Below are positions 56,800 through 64,000 of a DNA stretch of 64,000 nt, in pieces. The stretch spans positions 1,400,203 to 1,464,202 of the forward strand of contig JBJBEO010000001.1 of assembly GCA_047284725.1 (NCBI GenBank). Reading direction: 5' to 3'. Source of the stretch: Synechococcus sp. (GTDB taxonomy: Bacteria > Cyanobacteriota > Cyanobacteriia > PCC-6307 > Cyanobiaceae). Both the position numbers and the translations under genes were made by a program. The stretch's first letter is position 1. Every line of letters begins with the position of its first letter. The notes beneath the pieces are model-generated. The model saw nothing but the letters and a program-made list of their open reading frames with translations. It searched no databases and was not told the DNA's origin.

Positions 56800-59009
56800 A
56801 GAGATTCGAACAGGGTCAAGGCGTCGGTTTCTTGCTGAGGGCGACTTGACCCTTCACCCAGCGTCAGGTCATGAGCGATCTGCCCATCTTTGAGGACAAC
56901 GATTCGATCGGCAACCCTCAGGATGGAGGGCCGATGAGTAATGAAAGCGATCGTGCGACCTTCGCGGCGGAGGTTCAACTCGGTGAGGACCGCCGCCTCT
57001 GCGGTGGCATCCAGGTACGACGTCACCTCGTCAAGAATCATCACGCTGGCATCTCGGTAGAACAACCGCGCCAACGCCAAGCGCTGCTTCTGACCGCTCG
57101 ATAGCCCTAAACCCGACTCTGGGATACGCGCGTGGATGCCACGTGGAAGCTGTTTGACAAAGTCAAGAATCTGGGCCGATCGACATGCCTCAAGCGCCCG
57201 ATCGGGGTTTGGAGGCCTGCCGCTTCCATAGGCCACATTGTCCAAAAGAGTTCCTTGAAACAAGGGATGCTCTGACAGTGCCAGGCCTGTTGTACGGCGC
57301 AGGTGCTTCCTCTTGATGCAGCGAATATCACGGCCGCCGATGGTCACGCGCCCCGATTGAGGAGACAGTAGACCTTGTATCAGATGTGCAATCGTGGTTT
57401 TCCCCGAGCCACTCCGACCCACGATGGCTGTAATTTCACCCTGACGGAGAACGAGGTTCAGGTCATCCACCACAGGCGGGGCTGTCGGGGAGAAGCGGTA
57501 ACGGACAGCCTCGAAAGCGATGTCTCCCTCAACAGGGCCTGCGTAGTCACCCCCTTCGTCCTCCGCCGACCGGTTAAGAGCGTCCTCAACACGGTCCAGC
57601 GAAAGTCGGGCCTCCTGGAGATCCACTCCTTTTTCGGCCAGCTCGGAAACCGGATTCAGGAATTGAGCGACGAGCAGACTCCCCGCCACCATGTCACCGA
57701 CGGTGAGATCCCCGGTCACCACATAGTGAGCGCCATAAAGGAGAGTCCCGATCGAAACGAGGGACTCGAAGGCATTCGTCAACGTGCGGGCGGGCAGGGT
57801 TTGCCGTTGGCCGTCCCGAACCGACACCAGGAAGTCATCCAATCGCCCCAGATAAGCTGCACGCGCATCGTCCTCGGCCCCGAGCGCCTTGATTGTGCGA
57901 ATCCCGGCCACCTGCTCAAGCAGGATCGTCTCCAACCGAGCCGACCGCTGAAGTTGGACCGCTTTGACTCGGCGTACGACAGGCCCCAAACACACTGGAA
58001 TCAGTGCGTAGAGCGGAGCAATCATCAAAGCTACAGGCAAGAGAGGTTCGGCAACCACCCAAAGCAGAACCAAGTACACAGCGAGGTTCCCAAACTCGAG
58101 AATGGTCTGCAGCACCTGGCCCGTCAAAAAATCCCGAACCGCTGAAACCTCGTCCAACGCTCCGGTCACATCCCCAGGCGTCTGAAGCTGAAACTCGGAA
58201 AGCGGGAGCGAAAAAAAGCGCTTGTAAAGATCCTCGCTTAGGTGGCGATCGATCCGATAGGAGACCTTATCCAGCAGCCATTGACGCCAAAACCGGGAGA
58301 CGTTCGAAAAAAACGACACCGCGAGATAGCCAACGGCAACCCATCCGAGCAGCATGCCATCGCGCCGCGGCATGACTTCATCAAACAGGAGTCGACTCAA
58401 CCAGGGGCCGACCGCACCCAACGCCAGCAGCGCCGCGGAACAGAAAAACGCCGCTAAGAGAATTCGCCGATGTCGACGCAACAGCCTCAGGTATCGCCTC
58501 ACATTCGGGCGAACCTCCGGCCACTCCCAGAACTGGTGATGGGGCACCATCAACAAGCAGATGCCAGACGTCCGCTCGTTGAGTTGGGCGACCGGGACCG
58601 AAAGAGGTCCGATCGCCGGATCAAGGATGGCTGCGTTATTTCCTCGGATCCCGTAGATCACCACAAAATGATGATCCATACCGACAATGACCGGCAGGGG
58701 TACAGATGACAGGTCAGTACTGAAGTCAAGCGAGAGCCCGAGAGACTCGAAACCGAGCTCCTGGGCTCCCAACTGAATGTCGCGAAGCGACGCACCTTCT
58801 CGACCGTCTCGCACGACCTTTCGACAACGCGCCAAGCCTGCTCGGCGGCCGTAGATCTGAATCACGGTTTCGAGGCAGGCAGCCGCGCAGTCCATTTCAT
58901 GGTGTTGAGGGACGAAACGCGCACGTCGTCGGGGGACTTTCGCAGCTAGCTCGCGGAGTTGCTGAAGTTCAGCAATCACGTCGTCGGCAACGGTCACGAG
59001 CGGTGACAA
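56796..59009 (-). CDS. Peptidase C39-containing ABC transporter (PCAT)
   Basis: QHHEMDCAAACL (catalytic Cys), HHFVV (His), ILDPAIG (Asp), TM domain, GRSGSGKT, LSSGQKQR, MILDE, ITHR. Confidence 0.93.
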   Translation of the reverse strand: MSPLVTVADDVIAELQQLRELAAKVPRRRARFVPQHHEMDCAAACLETVIQIYGRRAGLARCRKVVRDGREGASLRDIQLGAQELGFESLGLSLDFSTDLSSVPLPVIVGMDHHFVVIYGIRGNNAAILDPAIGPLSVPVAQLNERTSGICLLMVPHHQFWEWPEVRPNVRRYLRLLRRHRRILLAAFFCSAALLALGAVGPWLSRLLFDEVMPRRDGMLLGWVAVGYLAVSFFSNVSRFWRQWLLDKVSYRIDRHLSEDLYKRFFSLPLSEFQLQTPGDVTGALDEVSAVRDFLTGQVLQTILEFGNLAVYLVLLWVVAEPLLPVALMIAPLYALIPVCLGPVVRRVKAVQLQRSARLETILLEQVAGIRTIKALGAEDDARAAYLGRLDDFLVSVRDGQRQTLPARTLTNAFESLVSIGTLLYGAHYVVTGDLTVGDMVAGSLLVAQFLNPVSELAEKGVDLQEARLSLDRVEDALNRSAEDEGGDYAGPVEGDIAFEAVRYRFSPTAPPVVDDLNLVLRQGEITAIVGRSGSGKTTIAHLIQGLLSPQSGRVTIGGRDIRCIKRKHLRRTTGLALSEHPLFQGTLLDNVAYGSGRPPNPDRALEACRSAQILDFVKQLPRGIHARIPESGLGLSSGQKQRLALARLFYRDASVMILDEVTSYLDATAEAAVLTELNLRREGRTIAFITHRPSILRVADRIVVLKDGQIAHDLTLGEGSSRPQQETDALTLFESL

Positions 59010-59093
59010 TGAACTTGGTTGATCTCTGCATTATTCGATCTATTGCGCAGTCCAGTTACACCTAAATGCAAATTTAAAAAACTTGTATCGCCC

Positions 59094-59696
59094 ATGGCAT
59101 TGGATCGCCCCCTCGAACCGCCCGCAGTCGACACGCTCACTCACCCCCCGAGCCTTCAATCACTGACAATTGCTGATCGCAGTGTGTGGGTGCTCGACCA
59201 GGCTGTACCTCGAAACATTGTCGAAACCCTTTACGCCGACCTGTCGACACGCACGTTTACGTTCACCAATCAGGACAGCGAGGCCACCGAGTTCGCCAAC
59301 CACCTCATCCATCAGGGAGAGCTAGCCGATGAGAATCCCAACACGATCGGAAGAGTCGTCGAAGCCGCTCAAGCATTGATCCACAAACTGGGCCATCCGA
59401 CATTTCCACTCGAGCGGGTGTACGTCACGACAGCGCTCTTCGGCGACTATCAGCACGTCCACCGCGACGGTGATGTCTGGACGGCGCTCTACTTCGTCAA
59501 CCCGGTTTGGCATACCGATTGGGGCGGGGAACTGCTCCTGTATCACGACGACAATGCCAGTATCTCCACAGCGGTGGCACCTCGCTTCGGCCGACTTGTG
59601 ATCTTCGATGGGATGCTGAACCACCGCGCGGGTGTCCCAAGCAAATACTGCCCAATCGCACGCTTGGCACTGGTCATCAAGTTTCTGCGAAGCTGA
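59094..59696 (+). CDS. 2OG-Fe(II) oxygenase (prolyl-4-hydroxylase-like), paralog 1
   Basis: HRDGD, WTALYFVN..W..DWGGELL, GRLVIFDG, NHRAG, distal Arg. Confidence 0.9.
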   Translation: MALDRPLEPPAVDTLTHPPSLQSLTIADRSVWVLDQAVPRNIVETLYADLSTRTFTFTNQDSEATEFANHLIHQGELADENPNTIGRVVEAAQALIHKLGHPTFPLERVYVTTALFGDYQHVHRDGDVWTALYFVNPVWHTDWGGELLLYHDDNASISTAVAPRFGRLVIFDGMLNHRAGVPSKYCPIARLALVIKFLRS

Positions 59697-59903
59697 AAAA
59701 GGAGTCCAAGTGGATTCCGGGCTGACCCCGATGAAGCAGTCGGATGGGTCGACCTGGCACTTGCATCTTGGAGGTGCCGGATCGAGGTGGATGGCGGGGA
59801 AGCTGGGGGGACCCTTTCAATCGTCAGAGCGCTGCGCGCCTGTTCCTGCGCTCGGTGACAGGGATCGAATCATGGCCATGCCGTTGTAGGTGTGCTAAGA
59901 ACA

Positions 59904-60560
59904 ATGAGCCATCTTCGAAGCGTTGTTGTGGACTTCGAAGCGTTGTTTCGCCCCCCCGAGCCACCAAATTTCGACGCAGAACCGGTCATTCGTCCCTTGA
60001 TGGTGGGGGACGGAAGCTATCCTGCCTGGCTCGTCGACAACCTCATTGAAGCGGCTGCAATCAAACCGCTTCATGAGTGGTTTTTGACGCTTGGCTATAG
60101 CTTTGGCGACGTTGATCGAGCTGACACGAGCTTCATGCGACATCTTGTGCACTACTTCGACGAAGAAGAGTGCGAAGGCAATACGCCAGTAGCAACCATT
60201 GTGGCTACCGCTCGTTCAGTTGTTCAATCGCTGGGTCTTAATGCAGACCAACTCGAACGTGTCTACGCCAACTTCAACCTGTTTGGAGATCAGCAGTTCT
60301 CCCACACTGATGGGGATTGCTGGACAGCACTGATGTTCGTGAATTCGAGCTGGTCAGTTGATTGGGGGGGCGAGCTTCTTCTCTACGAACAGGGACCAGG
60401 CTCGGTTGCCCTGGCCATACCGCCACGACCCGGTCGGATGGTTGTTTTTGATGGCAATCTTGAACATCGCGGCGGATCTCCAAATCGCTTTTGCCTCGAC
60501 GCCCGTATCACAGTCGCGACGAAGTTTGTTCGCCCCACGGGAAGCGATGCTCGGCCCTGA
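59904..60560 (+). CDS. 2OG-Fe(II) oxygenase, paralog 2
   Basis: HTDGD, WTALMFVN..W..DWGGELL, GRMVVFDG, EHRGG, distal Arg. Confidence 0.9.
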   Translation: MSHLRSVVVDFEALFRPPEPPNFDAEPVIRPLMVGDGSYPAWLVDNLIEAAAIKPLHEWFLTLGYSFGDVDRADTSFMRHLVHYFDEEECEGNTPVATIVATARSVVQSLGLNADQLERVYANFNLFGDQQFSHTDGDCWTALMFVNSSWSVDWGGELLLYEQGPGSVALAIPPRPGRMVVFDGNLEHRGGSPNRFCLDARITVATKFVRPTGSDARP

Positions 60561-61659
60561 ATCCGCCGAAAAGCAAGCGTTCGACAAACGCTTCGAAGGC
60601 TTGCTTGACGTGTCACTCGTTGACTTGGTCGTTCCCGAAAACGCACCACGCGTGTTCTCATACGAGCTCGATGATGAAGTGCTGGCCTTCCAACGCCAGG
60701 AATACCTGAATGAGCCCCTCTTTGTTCCTGAGCTTTGGGCGACATACCGCCTTCTGGTGCGTCTCTTTGAGGGCCCGCTCCGCGCGCCAGGCCCAGATCA
60801 AGCAGACCTCTGTTTCCTGCCGCTCTTTTTGCCAGTCTTTGAAGCGATTGAGTTTGACCTACGGCCAACGATCTCGTCGTTGGAGTTATTGAACGCGGGT
60901 CCTCGTCATGTAGTGGCGTCGCTCTGGGACGGCTACCCTCGCCCGCCCTCTCGTCGAGCCAACCCCTACTCAATGCAATCGCTGGGATACCTCTTGGAGC
61001 CGACTGGCGTGGATAGCACCTGGTCCTGGATTGATGAGCGGTGGCGAGTGCTGACCCTGTGTGGAAGCATCGACGTGGACCCAGACGACGTCAACGTATT
61101 CCCGCTGGTCTTTCCCAACGACAGATCGCCAGGTGAGCGCCCTCTGCTGTATTCCTTCTGCGGCACCACCACCTATGACTCGGTCCCAACCGATCACATC
61201 CGCGGGCATGGCCGTGCATCAGCTTGGGAACACCTCATCTCGTCAAACCATCGAGACGTGTTCATCGGATCGCCATCGGACGCCCAAACGCGGTTCGGCC
61301 TAGCAACTCCGCTCAGGACGTTGCCGACAATGAGCCGATTCACCCTTTGCCCGGCAGGTTGGTCGCGCTGGTCATTCCGCATTTTTGAAGCACTAGAAGC
61401 CGGGTCGATCCCTGTCATCCTGAGCGATTACTCAGTGATGCCCTTCGCTGACCAGCTCGACTGGGACGCCTTCTCTCTGTATCTGCCCGAGGACGCGTTG
61501 GAAGATATCGACGATGTAATCCGCTCACTAACTCCGCAACGGGTCGCAGGTCTGGCGGCTTCAGCGCAGCACGTACGCAGACATTTGGGTCCAACTGGCC
61601 TGGCAAGCATGGTCACAACGGCACTGACCGACGTCTCGGAGGACCGGGCGCATGGGTGA
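60547..61659 (+). CDS. Exostosin-like (GT47) glycosyltransferase, paralog 1
   Basis: P.QADLCFLP, RPLLYSFCG, SRFTLCPAG...SFRIFEALEAGSIPVILSD...PF...LDW..FS. Confidence 0.85.
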   Translation: MLGPESAEKQAFDKRFEGLLDVSLVDLVVPENAPRVFSYELDDEVLAFQRQEYLNEPLFVPELWATYRLLVRLFEGPLRAPGPDQADLCFLPLFLPVFEAIEFDLRPTISSLELLNAGPRHVVASLWDGYPRPPSRRANPYSMQSLGYLLEPTGVDSTWSWIDERWRVLTLCGSIDVDPDDVNVFPLVFPNDRSPGERPLLYSFCGTTTYDSVPTDHIRGHGRASAWEHLISSNHRDVFIGSPSDAQTRFGLATPLRTLPTMSRFTLCPAGWSRWSFRIFEALEAGSIPVILSDYSVMPFADQLDWDAFSLYLPEDALEDIDDVIRSLTPQRVAGLAASAQHVRRHLGPTGLASMVTTALTDVSEDRAHG

Positions 61660-62794
61660 ACTCCACGATCCTGTCGAAAAGCAACGACGCGTGGCGTCCA
61701 TCAAGGCCGACATCGAAGAAGCCCTGGACGGTTTTATCCCGCCTCCGGAGGCCCCAAGGATCTGCACCTACCCCCTGGACGAAAGCATCACCGAGTTCGA
61801 GTTGGACGTCTTTCACCACGTCCCCACGATGCTGCCGGAGGAGCGTGGGACCTTCCTACTGGTTGAGCATGTTCTGCAGCGAATACTCGGGACCGAATCA
61901 CCAAACGAAGCAGATGCCTTCTTCGTTCCCCTGTACTTCCCGGTGCATGAAACCGAAGAGATCAACATCGAAGCCGCCATGTCGGGGCTTGAGTACATCA
62001 ACAGCGGCAAGAAGCATATTCTGTGCTCCCCCTGGGACACCTACCCTCGCCCGATCATGCGGCGCGCCAATCGGTACTGCGTCATCGCCGGCCAGCGCTA
62101 TGGCCACCTGGAGTGGCTTGAGAACCAGCGATGGCTAGATGACCGCTTCATGCTCTTCACCACAGAATCCACAGTCGACCTGCACCCGAACGACATCGGG
62201 ATTCTCCCTTCGATCCTTGCTGGCCCTGAAGGGCCTCCTGCGAGCGAGCGACCGCTTCTCTACTCGTTCTGCGGCGTCCTCTGCTACGACACCATGGCGC
62301 CGAACCACGTGCGCGGAGAGGCGAACCTTCCCCATTGGCAGTCGATGCGTGCGTCGCAAACTCCCGACGTTTTCGTGGGAACTCTGAACGATGCGCGGGC
62401 GCGGTTCGGAAACGCCACAACATTCAGAGATCTACCAGCCATGAGTCGCTTCACGCTCTGCCCCGCAGGGTGGGCGCGCTGGTCTTTTCGGCTGATGGAA
62501 GCGGTGAGTGCGGGTTCAATCCCGGTGCTTCTATCTGACTATTACGTGCGTCCGTTCTCACCATGGGTGGCCTGGGATCGATTCTCTCTGCGCCTGCCCG
62601 AGCGGGCTTTGAGCCAAATTGACCCAATACTCCGATCACTGCCACAACGCAGGATGGAAGGCCTCTCACGAACATGCGGAGCTGGCGCCGCGAGACTGGA
62701 CTATCGCTCTATGGCTCAGTGGATCATCGCTGCACTGATGAAACGTCTGGTCATGCATCCATCCCATCCGTATTCCCCTGCAGAAAAACACTAA
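61652..62794 (+). CDS. Exostosin-like (GT47) glycosyltransferase, paralog 2
   Basis: PNEADAFFVP, RPLLYSFCG, SRFTLCPAG...SFRLMEAVSAGSIPVLLSD...PF...VAWDRFS. Confidence 0.85.
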   Translation: MGELHDPVEKQRRVASIKADIEEALDGFIPPPEAPRICTYPLDESITEFELDVFHHVPTMLPEERGTFLLVEHVLQRILGTESPNEADAFFVPLYFPVHETEEINIEAAMSGLEYINSGKKHILCSPWDTYPRPIMRRANRYCVIAGQRYGHLEWLENQRWLDDRFMLFTTESTVDLHPNDIGILPSILAGPEGPPASERPLLYSFCGVLCYDTMAPNHVRGEANLPHWQSMRASQTPDVFVGTLNDARARFGNATTFRDLPAMSRFTLCPAGWARWSFRLMEAVSAGSIPVLLSDYYVRPFSPWVAWDRFSLRLPERALSQIDPILRSLPQRRMEGLSRTCGAGAARLDYRSMAQWIIAALMKRLVMHPSHPYSPAEKH

Positions 62795-62836
62795 ACCGAC
62801 TGAGCAGGGGGCATGAAACTGTGTCGATCCACCTTC

Positions 62837-62935
62837 CCCTTCCGATCCTTGGGCGACAACCTCTTTGAACGAGACATCACCCTCTGTGGTGGTGACAGCA
62901 ACTACGACGATCTCGTGATGGGATCCAGTTTCACA
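62837..62935 (+). pseudogene. Eroded fragment resembling a DUF4114 C-terminus
   Basis: Frame reads PFRSLGDNLFERDITLCGGDSNYDDLVMG, resembling the recalled LGDNxFGFEDxxGGGDxDYDDLV pattern; no start codon. Confidence 0.4.
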
Positions 62936-63178
62936 CTCCCGAGGCATCTGAAATGTGAACCCTGAAGCGACAGAACGGATCATTTAGCTGGATTCGCTCA
63001 GGTCCTGATCACAGCACCCCAGATCAAGCTGGTGCTCTTGAACTGGAGCCTCAAACCGCCTGCTGATAGCACAATTCAGAGCAAGCCCGTGGTAGACGCT
63101 TCAACTCGCTTGTACCAATGTTCATGTACAACTCAAGGACAAGACCTTCAGACCTGTTGGCGCAACTAATAGCTAAGT

Positions 63179-63304
63179 GGCAGCAGCGGCCAGAAACCCC
63201 AGTACTGGTCGGCACGACTATTCATTGCCAAACCTCTCGCGCACCCTGGATTCCACAACTCAAGCCCCATGATCACAGGTCTTGATCACCGGTCGAGCAG
63301 CCGC
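63179..63304. repeat. Approx. 126-bp imperfect direct repeat, right island boundary
   Basis: Matches 54259-54384 and contains a truncated 5' copy of the DUF4336-like gene. Confidence 0.93.
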
Positions 63305-63523
63305 CGGCACGGGATCTCCTTACAGCTTGCTCCTGGAGCAAGACATTGATGCCTTCTGGCTGCTCAAGATCCACAGAGGCAACTTTGGTGTTCTGAACCT
63401 ACAGCCCGTCTTTCCAATGCTCTTGGTTGGGCTCACCGTCATCGTGACAGTGCTAGATCAAGCAATGATCTTACAACGATCGCGATGACAACTTATTCCC
63501 TGGAGCGGTCCCTCTGAAGCCGC

Positions 63524-63945
63524 TTAGTAGCGCGCAAAGACCGAGGACGTCCCGTCATGAACGATGGCAAGATCCTCGAAGCGTTTAGCCTCAACGCCAG
63601 CGACTTGCATACCTGGAGAACCAATCGGCATCCCAGGTCCAGCAAGGCCTCGAATGTCAGGCCGTTCGTATAGCAGTCGTTGGATCGCATTGACTGGAAC
63701 GTGTCCTTCGATCACGTATCCCTCCACAACCGCGTTGTGACAGGAAAGGGCTGACACCATGCGCCTTCCTCACAGCATTCATGTCCTCGGTGACATGGTC
63801 ATCAATGCGGAATCCCGGCGATGCGATGTGCTCCCCCCATTGCGTACAACAACCGCAGCTCGCCAAGCGATACACGGACATCTGCGGACCGGTGGCCTAC
63901 TGGTGTCGGGCATCAAGCCATCTCCTTGAACGTTTCATGCGGACT
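63524..63945 (-). pseudogene. Frameshifted DUF411-family metal-binding protein
   Basis: VYR..SCGCC..W in one frame; SCH.AVVEGYVIEGHVP...GLA.PGMP.GSPGM in another; frameshift near 63750, 5' end degraded. Confidence 0.8.
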
Positions 63946-64000
63946 TTCACGAATTAATCAACATCTGATTATTTCTCACTGAGAATATCTCAATTTGCCT

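Larger units (their letters stand above)
54385..63178. mobile_element. Genomic island (~8.8 kb) carrying a putative RiPP-glycosylation cluster
   Basis: Flanking direct repeats, composition shift, accessory gene content, no integrase. Confidence 0.85.

Overview
High-GC core-genome segment that looks like a marine picocyanobacterium (Synechococcus-like; inferred from gene set and order). Core genes run umuDC, dnaG, ruvA, rpsO, unsplit dnaE, gatA, rlmB, mrnC, carA, trpD, msrA, tRNA-Pro(GGG), acs, sds, murI, amiC, ubiD, aroA, glmU, a glucosylglycerate cluster, murF, glgA, menB, menD, lepB. Two accessory insertions interrupt it, each bounded by long direct repeats that duplicate a host-gene start and neither encoding an integrase. 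The first (1932-4751) is AT-rich, carries one large acidic Ig-like protein, and sits between 263-bp repeats. The second (54385-63178) sits between ~126-bp repeats. It encodes a double-glycine-leader peptide with its own promoter and terminator, a degenerate second precursor with an in-frame TGA, a C39 peptidase-ABC exporter, an HDxxH metalloprotein, two tandem 2OG-Fe(II) oxygenases and two tandem exostosin-like (GT47) glycosyltransferases. This is the best candidate for an undescribed system: a hydroxylate-then-glycosylate RiPP pathway. All calls come from reading motifs by eye; no searches were run.
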